Shown here one piece after another: positions 22,601 to 34,600 of a stretch of 64,000 nucleotides of DNA. The notes beneath the pieces were generated by a model, which was not told the DNA's origin, did not search any database, and worked only from the letters and a program-made list of their open reading frames with translations. Position 1 is the first letter of the stretch. Every line of letters begins with the position of its first letter. The DNA comes from Macrostomum hystrix (Eukaryota > Animalia > Platyhelminthes). The stretch lies in the NCBI GenBank assembly GCA_950097015.1, contig CATNEN010000029.1, positions 6,262,001 through 6,326,000 of the forward strand, in the 5' to 3' direction. Position numbers and translations under genes: made by a program.

Positions 22601-25600
22601 GGAAGCTGCAGTCACTGAAGGATCTGCCAGGGAAGCTACAGTCACTGAAGGATCTGCCAGGGAAGCTACAGTCACTGAAGGATCTGCCAGGGAAGCTGCA
22701 GTCACTGAAGGATCTGACAGGGAAGCTGGTGCAGTCACTGAAGGATCTGACAGGGAAGCTGCAGTCACTGAAGGATCTGACAGAGAAGCTGCAGTCACTG
22801 AAGGATCTGACAGAGAAGCTGCAGTCACTGAAGGATTTGACAGAGAAGCTGCAGTCACTGAAGGATCTGACAGGGAAGCTGCAGTCACTGAAGGATCTGA
22901 CAGAGAAGCTGCAGTCACTGAAGGATCTGACAGAGAAGCTGCAGTCACTGAAGGATCTGACAGAGAAGCTGCAGTCACTGAAGGATCTGACAGAGAAGCT
23001 GCAGTCACTGAAGGATTTGACAGAGAAGCTACAGTCACTGAAGGATTTGACAGAGAAGCTACAGTCACTGAAGGATTTGACAGAGAAGCTGCAGTCACTG
23101 AAGGATCTGACAGAGAAGCTGCAGTCACTGAAGGATCTGACAGAGAAGCTGCAGTCACTGAAGGATCTGACAGAGAAGCTGCAGTCACTGAAGGATCTGA
23201 CAGAGAAGCTGCAGTCACTGAAGGATCTGACAGGGAAGCTGCAGTCACTGAAGGATCTGACAGAGAAGCTGCAGTCACTGAAGGATCTGACAGAGAAGCT
23301 GCAGTCACTGAAGGATCTGACAGAGAAGCTGCAGTCACTGAAGGATCTGACAGAGAAGCTGCAGTCACTGAAGGATTTGACAGAGAAGCTGCAGTCACTG
23401 AAGGATCTGACAGAGAAGCTACAGTCACTGAATGATCTGACAGAGAAGCTGCAGTCACTGAAGGATCTGACAGAGAAGCTGCAGTCACTGAAGGATCTGA
23501 CAGAGAAGCTGCAGTCACTGAAGGATCTGACAGAGAAGCTGCAGTCACTGAAGGATCTGACAGAGAAGCTGCAGTCACTGAAGGATCTGACAGAGAAGCT
23601 GCAGTCACTGAAGGATTTGACAGAGAAGCTGCAGTCACTGAAGGATCTGACAGGGAAGCTGCAGTCACTGAAGGATCTGACAGAGAAGCTGCAGTCACTG
23701 AAGGATCTGACAGAGAAGCTGCAGTCACTGAAGGATCTGACAGAGAAGCTGCAGTCACTGAAGGATCTGACAGAGAAGCTGCAGTCACTGAAGGATTTGA
23801 CAGAGAAGCTACAGTCACTGAAGGATTTGACAGAGAAGCTACAGTCACTGAAGGATTTGACAGAGAAGCTGCAGTCACTGAAGGATCTGACAGAGAAGCT
23901 GCAGTCACTGAAGGATTTGACAGAGAAGCTACAGTCACTGAAGGATTTGACAGAGAAGCTACAGTCACTGAAGGATTTGACAGAGAAGCTGCAGTCACTG
24001 AAGGATCTGACAGAGAAGCTGCAGTCACTGAAGGATCTGACAGAGAAGCTGCAGTCACTGAAGGATCTGACAGAGAAGCTGCAGTCACTGAAGGATCTGA
24101 CAGAGAAGCTGCAGTCACTGAAGGATCTGACAGGGAAGCTGCAGTCACTGAAGGATCTGACAGAGAAGCTGCAGTCACTGAAGGATCTGACAGAGAAGCT
24201 GCAGTCACTGAAGGATCTGACAGAGAAGCTGCAGTCACTGAAGGATCTGACAGAGAAGCTGCAGTCACTGAAGGATTTGACAGAGAAGCTGCAGTCACTG
24301 AAGGATCTGACAGAGAAGCTACAGTCACTGAATGATCTGACAGAGAAGCTGCAGTCACTGAAGGATCTGACAGAGAAGCTGCAGTCACTGAAGGATCTGA
24401 CAGAGAAGCTGCAGTCACTGAAGGATCTGACAGAGAAGCTGCAGTCACTGAAGGATCTGACAGAGAAGCTGCAGTCACTGAAGGATCTGACAGAGAAGCT
24501 GCAGTCACTGAAGGATTTGACAGAGAAGCTGCAGTCACTGAAGGATCTGACAGGGAAGCTGCAGTCACTGAAGGATCTGACAGAGAAGCTGCAGTCACTG
24601 AAGGATCTGACAGAGAAGCTGCAGTCACTGAAGGATCTGACAGAGAAGCTGCAGTCACTGAAGGATCTGACAGAGAAGCTGCAGTCACTGAAGGATTTGA
24701 CAGAGAAGCTACAGTCACTGAAGGATTTGACAGAGAAGCTACAGTCACTGAAGGATTTGACAGAGAAGCTGCAGTCACTGAAGGATCTGACAGAGAAGCT
24801 GCAGTCACTGAAGGATCTGACAGAGAAGCTGCAGTCACTGAAGGATCTGACAGAGAAGCTGCAGTCACTGAAGGATCTGACAGAGAAGCTGCAGTCACTG
24901 AAGGATCTGACAGGGAAGCTGCAGTCACTGAAGGATCTGACAGAGAAGCTGCAGTCACTGAAGGATCTGACAGAGAAGCTGCAGTCACTGAAGGATCTGA
25001 CAGAGAAGCTGCAGTCACTGAAGGATCTGACAGAGAAGCTGCAGTCACTGAAGGATTTGACAGAGAAGCTGCAGTCACTGAAGGATCTGACAGAGAAGCT
25101 ACAGTCACTGAATGATCTGACAGAGAAGCTGCAGTCACTGAAGGATCTGACAGAGAAGCTGCAGTCACTGAAGGATCTGACAGAGAAGCTGCAGTCACTG
25201 AAGGATCTGACAGAGAAGCTGCAGTCACTGAAGGATCTGACAGGGAAGCTGCAGTCACTGAAGGATCTGACAGAGAAGCTGCAGTCACGGAAGGATCTGA
25301 CAGAGAAGCTGCAGTCACTGAAGGATCTGACAGGGAAGCTGCAGTCACTGAAGGATCTGACAGGGAAGCTGCAGTCACTGAAGGATCTGACAGGGAAGCT
25401 GCAGTCACGGAAGGATCTGACAGGGAAGCTGCAGTCACTGAAGGATCTGACAGGGAAGCTGCAGTCACTGAAGGATCTGACAGGGAAGCTGGTGCAGTCA
25501 CTGAAGGATCTGACAGGGAAGCTGGTGCAGTCACTGAAGGATCTGATAGAGAAGCTGCAGTCACTGAAGGATCTGACAGAGAAGCTGCAGTCACTGAAGG

Positions 25601-28600
25601 ATCTGACAGTGGAGCTGCAGTCACTGAAGGATCTGACAGAGAAGCTACAGTCACTGAAGGATTTGACAGAGAAGCTACAGTCACTGAAGGATTTGACAGA
25701 GAAGCTGCAGTCACTGAAGGATCTGACAGGGAAGCTGCAGTCACTGAAGGATCTCACCTGCACCAAGTAAGTTTGTGTCGAGTCCAAATTCTCCAGCAGG
25801 TATGTCTCCTTGCTGGTGAAGCGAAACCACGGCCTGCTGTGATCTTTCTTTGGAAAAATCTTCAATTCGAATTCTTCGATGCTGGAATCTATTTTCTTCC
25901 AGCTGAACTGCACGCAGGTCAGGTTGATGATCCGAGCGCTGACAGGTTCTAGCTTGCTTGGCACTGCGGGTGACGATTATCAAGCGGAACATGAAAACAA
26001 ACAGGTGCAGACATTGCTTCAAAGATGAACAAATTAAGGCTGTCCTGTAGTTTCGCACGTTAAATTATTTCAATTTGAATTGGCGCCAAATCTGTTCTTG
26101 TACAGTAAAAGTTTTATACTCCTGAAAGGATTATATATAGTTATCTATTTTCATTTAAAGCTTTCTTTAAATTATAGAACGTGTGAATTATAATAATAAT
26201 GGTAGTAATAATAATAATTATAATAATAATTGATTACACCTGCCCCAATTGGGTCAGATGTGCAGCCGACAGCACAGCAGCAGCTAATGCGCGGCGCATC
26301 TGAAGGCTGCGTACGGCTGTTCAGTCCATGGACTGGGGGGACGCCACACCCACCTTCAATTATCCCAGCTGATGCTGGTACCCATTTAACAGCTGGGTGA
26401 ACTGAAGCAATGCAGAGTTAAGTGTCTTGCTAAAGGACACAAATTGTTTCAGTGGAGTCGGGAATCGAACCCCCGACCTTCAAATCGTGAGTCCGACGCT
26501 CTAACCACTAGGCTACAACCTTGAAGAGGTTAATACAATGCAATCATGCAATTTTTAAGTCTTAAAAAATTGGAACTGTACACAAACAGATTTGGCGCCA
26601 ATTCAAATTAAAATAATTTAGCGTGCGAAAGTACAGGAAAGCCCAAATTAAATTCGGGTTGGTGCAACATCCGCACTCACACGAGGCGCTGGTCTGGACT
26701 GTGACTGCGCGCCAAGCTCGTCTCTCAGCGCCGGCCAGCTCCGAGACACCGTTGAGGGCGTACACGTGAAATGTGTACCTGGTTAGCGGCTGGAGGCCGC
26801 GGATGGCCACGCTGCGCTCGGTGACACTTGGCCCGGGTTCGAATATTATGCTACCAGGGCCGCAGCCGTAGCAGTCGACGTGGTAGCGAATGTCGGCGCG
26901 GCCGCCTGTGTCCTCCGGCGGAGACCAGCTGAGCACTATTCGGCTGCGGCTGTTCTCAGTCACAATGGCGTCACGCGGTGCGCTCGGGGGCTCTGCGAGT
27001 AAAAGCCAAGCTTGATGCTGTTTAGAAGGGCCACTAATAAAAAATTTTAGGGTTGTTTCTTAAACGGAAAAGTGCTCTGGACCTAGTAGACTTTGAAAAG
27101 GTAAATACGACCCTTAGTGGATTTTAAAGCGGGCCTGAAGGATTAGGGGGCGAGCCTGAAGGATTAGGGGGCGAGCCTGAAAAAGTAGGGGCGAGCTGAA
27201 GGATTAGGGCGCGAGCCTGAAAAAGTAGGGGCAAGCTGAAGGATTAGGGGGCGAGCCTCAAGGATTAGGGGGCGAGCCTGAAGGATTAGGGGGCGAGCCT
27301 GAAGGATTGGGGGGCAAACCTGAAGGATTAGGGGAGCGAGCCTGAAGGATTAGGGGGCGAGCCTGAAGGATTAGGGGGCGAGCCTGAAAAAGAACGAGCT
27401 GAAGGATTAGGGGGCGAGCCTGAAGGATTAGGGGCCGAGCCTGAAGGATTAGGGGGCAAACCTGAAGGATTAGGGGGCGAGCCTGAAGGATTAGGGGGCG
27501 AGCCTGAAGGATTAGGGGGCAAACCTGAAGGATTAGGGGGCAAACCTGAAGGATTAGGGGGCGAGCCTGAAAAAGTAGGAGCGAGCTGAAGGATTAGGGG
27601 GCGAGCCTGAAAAAGTAGGGGCGAGCTGAAGGATTAGGGGGCGAGCCTCAAGGATTAGGGGGCGAGCCTGAAAGATTAAGAATCCACTACGTCTTTTGAG
27701 ATCAGGTAAACCCAATTGAGTTAGTTTATAGTTTCTACAAGCAACCAAATGAATGAGCAAAATAACAATCGCTATTTTAAGCACACAATGATTTCTAGTT
27801 AATTTATCTAAACAAATGCATTCATTCTCATTTTGAAAGGCTATCGCATTACACACCCTATCAGTAGCCCATGTCTTGTTTCCATTCTTCCATTCCAGCC
27901 ACCGAGTTTCACAACTCTAATGGCCTAAGTTTGAGTAGAATTTTCAGAAGTTGAGCTGTTTTTTTTTTAATAGAATAAAAGCTGACGAAAAAAGAGTAAC
28001 TTGATCTGCCGCGTGCCACAATTTTTGCTATTAGAAGCAAACCGGCCTCCCAAACGAAACTGACTGGCAGATGTTTGCTGCCTGTTTGAAGCAACACTTC
28101 TCAATTTTAGCCGCTATTTCCTGTCAGCTTTTCAATCTGCTTAATAACACCAGTTGAGAACTAGTTGAGTTCAGAATCAGAATGGCTGTTTTAAAGAGAG
28201 CTGACACATTTTGTGAGATTGCGTGGCTGGAACAATTTTGAATGATTATTTTGAGCATACAGCTCAAACTGGGTGCTGAAACACTTGCCATGCGTACCCC
28301 TTTAACCTCAGGTAGTTCAGTGTCTTATCCCCTTTAACCTCAGGTTGTTCAGTGTCTTATCCCCTTTAACCTTAGGTTGTTCAGTGTCTTGGCCCCTTTA
28401 ACCTCAGGTTGTTCAGTGTCTTGGCCCCTTTAACCTCAGGTAGTTCAGTGTCTTATCCCCTTTAACCTTAGGTTGTTCAGTGTCTTATCCCCTTTAACCT
28501 CAGGTTGTTCAGTGTCTTATCCCCTTTAACCTCAGGTAGTTCAGTGTCTTATCCCCTTTAACCTCAGGTTGTTCAGTGTCTTATCCCCTTTAACCTCAGG

Positions 28601-31600
28601 TTGTTCAGTGTCTTGGCCCCTTTAACCTCAGGTAGTTCAGTGTCTTATCCCCTTTAACCTCAGGTTGTTCAGTGTCTTATCCCCTTTAGCCTCAGGTTGT
28701 TCAGTGTCTTATCCCCTTTAACCTCAGGTAGTTCAGTGTCTTATCCCCTTTAACCTCAGGTTGTTCAGTGTCTTGGCCCCTTTAACCTCAGGTTGTTCAG
28801 TGTCTTGGCCCCTTTAACCTCAGGTTGTTCAGTGTCTTGGCCCCTTTAACCTCAGGTTGTTCAGTGTCTTGGCCCCTTTAACCTCAGGCAGTTCAGTGTC
28901 TTATCCCCTTTAACCTCAGGTTGTTCAGTGTCTTATCCCCTTTAACCTTAGGTTGTTCAGTGTCTTATCCCCTTTAACCTCAGGTTGTTCAGTGTCTTAT
29001 CCCCTTTAACCTCAGGTTGTTCAGTGTCTTATCCCCTTTAACCTCAGGTTGTTCAGTGTCTTATCCCCTTTAACCTCAGGTTGTTCAGTGTCTTATCCCC
29101 TTTAACCTCAGGTAGTTCAGTGTCTTATCCCCTTTAACCTCAGGTTGTTCAGTGTCTTGGCCCCTTTAACCTCAGGTAGTTCAGTGTCTTGGCCCCTTTA
29201 ACCTCAGGTTGTTCAGTGTCTTGGCCCCTTTAACCTCAGGTAGTTCAGTGTCTTATCCCCTTTAACCTTAGGTTGTTCAGTGTCTTATCCCCTTTAACCT
29301 TAGGTTGTTCAGTGTCTTATCCCCTTTAACCTCAGGTTGTTCAGTGTCTTATCCCCTTTAACCTCAGGTTGTTCAGTGTCTTGGCCCCTTTAACCTCAGG
29401 TAGTTCAGTGTCTTATCCCCTTTAACCTCAGGTTGTTCAGTGTCTTATCCCCTTTAACCTCAGGTTGTTCAGTGTCTTATCCCCTTTAACCTCAGGTAGT
29501 TCAGTGTCTTATCCCCTTTAACCTCAGGTTGTTCAGTGTCTTGGCCCCTTTAACCTCAGGTTGTTCAGTGTCTTGGCCCCTTTAACCTCAGGTTGTTCAG
29601 TGTCTTATCCCCTTTAACCTCAGGTTGTTCAGTGTCTTATCCCCTTTAACCTCAGGTTGTTCAGTGTCTTATCCCCTTTAACCTCAGGTTGTTCAGTGTC
29701 TTATCCCCTTTAACCTCAGGTAGTTCAGTGTCTTATCCCTTTAACCTCAGGTTGTTCAGTGTCTTGGCCCCTTTAACCTCAGGTAGTTCAGTGTCTTATC
29801 CCCTTTAACCTCAGGTTGTTCAGTGTCTTATCCCCTTTAACCTTAGGTTGTTCAGTGTCTTATCCCCTTTAACCTCAGGTTGTTCAGTGTCTTATCCCCT
29901 TTAACCTTAGGTTGTTCAGTGTCTTATCCCCTTTAACCTCAGGTTGTTCAGTGTCTTATCCCCTTTAACCTCAGGTTGTTCAGTGTCTTGGCCCCTTTAA
30001 CCTCAGGTTGTTCAGTGTCTTGGCCCCTTTAACCTTAGGTTGTTCAGTGTCTTGGCCCCTTTAACCTCAGGTTGTTCAGTGTCTTGGCCCCTTTAACCTC
30101 AGGTAGTTCAGTGTCTTATCCCCTTTAACCTTAGGTTGTTCAGTGTCTTATCCCCTTTAACCTCAGGTTGTTCAGTGTCTTATCCCCTTTAACCTCAGGT
30201 AGTTCAGTGTCTTATCCCCTTTAACCTCAGGTTGTTCAGTGTCTTATCCCCTTTAACCTCAGGTTGTTCAGTGTCTTGGCCCCTTTAACCTCAGGTAGTT
30301 CAGTGTCTTATCCCCTTTAACCTCAGGTTGTTCAGTGTCTTATCCCCTTTAACCTCAGGTTGTTCAGTGTCTTATCCCCTTTAACCTCAGGTAGTTCAGT
30401 GTCTTATCCCCTTTAACCTCAGGTTGTTCAGTGTCTTGGCCCCTTTAACCTCAGGTTGTTCAGTGTCTTGGCCCCTTTAACCTCAGGTTGTTCAGTGTCT
30501 TGGCCCCTTTAACCTTAGGTTGTTCAGTGTCTTGGCCCCTTTAACCTCAGGTAGTTCAGTGTCTTATCCCCTTTAACCTCAGGTAGTTCAGTGTCTTATC
30601 CCCTTTAACCTCAGGTTGTTCAGTGTCTTATCCCCTTTAACCTCAGGTTGTTCAGTGTCTTATCCCCTTTAACCTTAGGTAGTTCAGTGTCTTATTTCCT
30701 TTAACATCAGGTTGCTCAGTGTCTTATCCCCTTTAACCTCAGGTAGTTCAGTGTCTTGGCCCCTTTAACCTCAGGTAGTTCAGTGTCTTGGCCCCTTTAA
30801 CCCCAGGCGAAGCCAATTTCTTCTGCCAGCTTGTATCAACTTCTTACGGAAGCGAAAAACCCAAAAATTTTTTTGTTCTTTGTTCTTGCCTAAACGCTAG
30901 CATCTAGCCTCTAAATTTTAGTTCCTAGCAATTTCAATGCAAAAGCAAAGCAGAAGCAGCAATTGGAGGCACTTAATAGAGGACTAAAAAGCATCTAGAG
31001 GCGAGAGGCGAGAGACCGGGCACTCTGGCATCGGAAGAAAGAATGAGTTTTTTCTTTTGTGGCATCAGAGGAGAGGAGAGGAGCAAAAGAGAGAGGGCCG
31101 CCCACACCCAGTGTCTTGGGTGTCAAAGGCCCGGGTGAACATCGGAAGAGAAATAGTTAGAGAAGAATACAAGAAGAGGCCTGGGCTAGGCGCCCAATCA
31201 ATATTTGATTGCTTGCTAATGAGGAGAAGCTGCGGCCCGCTGCCTCACCTGAACTAACTCAAAGCCCAGTCCAGGTGCCGAATTGTCTAGCTGGGATTCC
31301 AGAGGTTGCTATACGGCGGTGGGAAAAACTCAATAGGCGCTGGAGCGATGGAGAGGAAGAGAGAATGGGAACAGAATGGGAGAATTGTCCCCCTGGGTCG
31401 CTCCCTACCCGGGGGGGGGTTCCTATGGCACTCAGGGCAGCTGAGTAGAGGCTGGTAGCTCATCTATGCTATTGGTAGGACAATAGGTGGAATATTGAGT
31501 AGTCTTTTATAATAGCGCGAGGCGTCTATTGTTTGGGATTAGGGCATTCTGTTTGAGTACAGCTATAGTGGAGCCCCTCGATCAGTACGTTGGGATTTTA

Positions 31601-34600
31601 GAAATCCTGGGAGATCGTAACAGCTGGACTTCCTGTCCAGATTGCCCCGTTGAATAGCGACTGTGCTCAATAAGTGCTCCATTTTGATGCTCAGACTATA
31701 GCGATTCTCACACCTCACTTCAGAATCCCAAAGTTCCCGTCAATCTTGATTAGAAGGACTTTTGATCGAGACTTCCGGGGTTCGAATATCAGCAATATTT
31801 TGTCCTTCAGAAAGACTACGAGCTACTTGATTATCTACACTACTGCTTCAATTCGCTAACGGCAAACTCAGTAGCTGGGGTGGAAAATTGTAGAAAATTG
31901 GGTGGTACTTACTTATACTTATCAATCAGTGAAAGCTTCACAAGTTTTGTACGGTGATAATATCCCAGAAAAGATCCGGTCCCGTTACAATGGCTAGTGT
32001 GTCCTTGTGTTTGTTTATAGTAAAACTTTCCCTATGCATACCTATATGCGTCAACAGTGAACAGTGTGGGGGTAAGGCTTTTAACATGTTTTGTTTCTCA
32101 GCATTCCATTCTCTCGCTTCTCTCCGATGCCAAAGTTGCAGTTACGAGTATTAAAGTCTGCTTTTCACTGGGTGAATGGCACAGAGAGGCAGAGTGGAGG
32201 TCTCGGGTTTAGAAAAGTGTTAATGCACGCAGCTTTTAATTGCCAAGTCCACTAACAATTGTGAGCCCAAATTATAGGCACCTATTACTATTAACGTCAC
32301 TATCAGAAGTGCATAGCAACTCTGACAGATTCGACAGAAAAGACAACTAAAGAAAACGGAAATTTTCGTCTATAAACTAAAACACAAAATACTTTACTTT
32401 ATCAACCTCATTCTCTATATCAATCTCACATTCTGCATCGATTCAACCATCTTTATTAATCTCTATTTCTTTATAGGTATTATGTTTGTCTTCAGTTGTC
32501 CAATAAAACTCACTCGCTTTATTAATCTCACCTGCTTAATCAATCTCACCCACTTTAAAAATCATACTCTCTTCATCAATCTAAACTGCTTCATCAACCT
32601 CAAACTCTATCAATCTCACGTACCTTATCGATCTCCCCTCTTTATCAATCTCATGCTCTTTATCAATCTCAAACTCTATATGTATCTCATCTTCTCATCT
32701 TCCTTTTCTATCTAAATTCTCAAACCATCTCACGTTTCTTACAAACCTCAACGGCTTTATCAATCTCCCTCCTTATCAATCTGACCCTCTTTATCAATCT
32801 GACCCTCTTTATCAATCTGACCCTCTTTATCAATCTCCCCCTCCTTATCAATCTCCCCTCCTTATCAATCTGACCCTCTTTATCAATCTGACCCTCTTTA
32901 TCAATCTGACCCTCTTTATCAATCTGACCCTCTCTATCAATCTGACCCTCCTTATCAATCTCCCCTCCTTATCAATCTGACCCTCTTTATCAATCTCCCC
33001 CTCCTTATCAATCTGACCCTCATTATCAATCTCCCCTCCTTATCAATCTGACCCTCTTTATCAATCTATCAATCTCCCCCTCTTTATCAATCTCAGTTCC
33101 TTATCAATATCAAACTCTATATGTATCTCATCTTCTTTTTCTATCTAATCCTCAAATACAATCTCACCCGCTATGCATATACGTTTCCATGGATCTCCAG
33201 TCCACTGCCTTCAATGCCCATCATTCTGTCTCTCGCCTGGTCCTCACCTAAATCCAGGAAGTTTCATCAATAGCAGGCCCGCTAATTCCCACCTCTCCAT
33301 GGCGTTAAAGTGAAACTCCAGCAGTTGCGTGCCTGAATCCCATCGACACTTCACCTCCCATTTCTCACCCTCGCCTCTTCCCCACATTCCGCCGTGTCGT
33401 CTGTCGTTTTTCTCTAGAAAAAAATTCATTCTATTCCACTGCTAGCGGCTAGTCGCCATTTTAGAATAGACGAATGAGCAAGCCTATGATTGTTCTCTAG
33501 CAGCTTTGAATTGGTCTGAAGAATTTCGTATTTTTCTCTAATCTTAGGGTAAAGAAGGGCTTACAATTTTGTCAAATCTATACTGAAGAGAGGGACGGGC
33601 AAATGAAAAATTAAATTGATTTGTCTATTCGGGAGGAATTGTTTCCTTAGAGTGTTCTGGATAGAAGTGGCGAAATTGGGCAGCGTGGAACTCAGTCGAT
33701 TGATTTATTCCGTTTAATCGATACATTTTTCTTCGTCTCATCCTTCCCTAACAGTCTGCTCCTAGTCCTAGTCCTAGTCCTAGTCCCAGTCCCAGTCCCA
33801 GTCCTAGTCCCAGTCCCAGTCCCAGTCCCAGTCCCAGTCCCAGTCCCAGTCCCAGTCCCAGTCCCAGTCCTAGTCCCAGTCCCAGTCCCAGTCCTAGTCC
33901 CAGTCCCAGTCCCAGTCCCAGTCCCAGTCCAAGTCCCAGTCCCAACCCGTCAGAGTCCCAGTCCCAGTCCCAGTCCCAGTCCCAGCCCCAGCCCCAGCCA
34001 CTCACTGGTGCAGGCATCGCGAGTGGAGTCCAGCTGGGCATTCCTGTAGAATCCCTGTCGGCAGGCGCAGGACGCGGAGCCTGGCGCTTCGGCCTGCGAG
34101 TTGTCCGGGCACTTTATGCAGACGTCGGGACCGGCCAGAGACTTGTAAGAGTTGGGCGGGCAGGCTGTGAGGGAGGGAGGGTGGCTAAAGCGTCGGATTC
34201 ACGCCTCACGAAGGTCAGGGGTTCGATTCCTGACTCCACTGGAACAATTTGTGTCCGTTAGCAAGACGATTAACTCTGCTGCTAAATGTACCAGCATTAG
34301 CGGGGGTGACTGTGGGTGGGTGTGGGTGGATGTGGCGTCTCCCCAGTCCATGGACTGAACAGCTGTACGCAGCCTTCAGATGCGCCGCGCAATAGCTGCG
34401 GCTGTGCTGTTAGCTGTACATCTGGCCCAATTGGGGCCCGCAATGATAAACTAATAAACGATTAATTATTGCTGTTACAAAATAATGCGCCCTCTTGGCA
34501 AAAAAGGTGAATTAATAATACTCGAGCTTATGATAACATTTTTTACCTTCAATTAATTTACATTCAAACAAAGTCAATAATTCCCCACCAGTTCAAGGGC

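Noticed and set aside
22298-25770. ORFs of 1148 aa ([10 protein letters not shown])n and 1115 aa ([10 protein letters not shown])n that look like mucin or coiled-coil proteins
   Set aside because: They are translations of a 30-bp intronic array that lacks stops in several frames. Exon 7 ([13 protein letters not shown]) shows that the Eph FN3-2 is completed by splicing over the array.
15905-27675. Interstitial telomere
   Set aside because: TTAGGG occurs only as part of 16- and 21-bp units, never as (TTAGGG)n runs.
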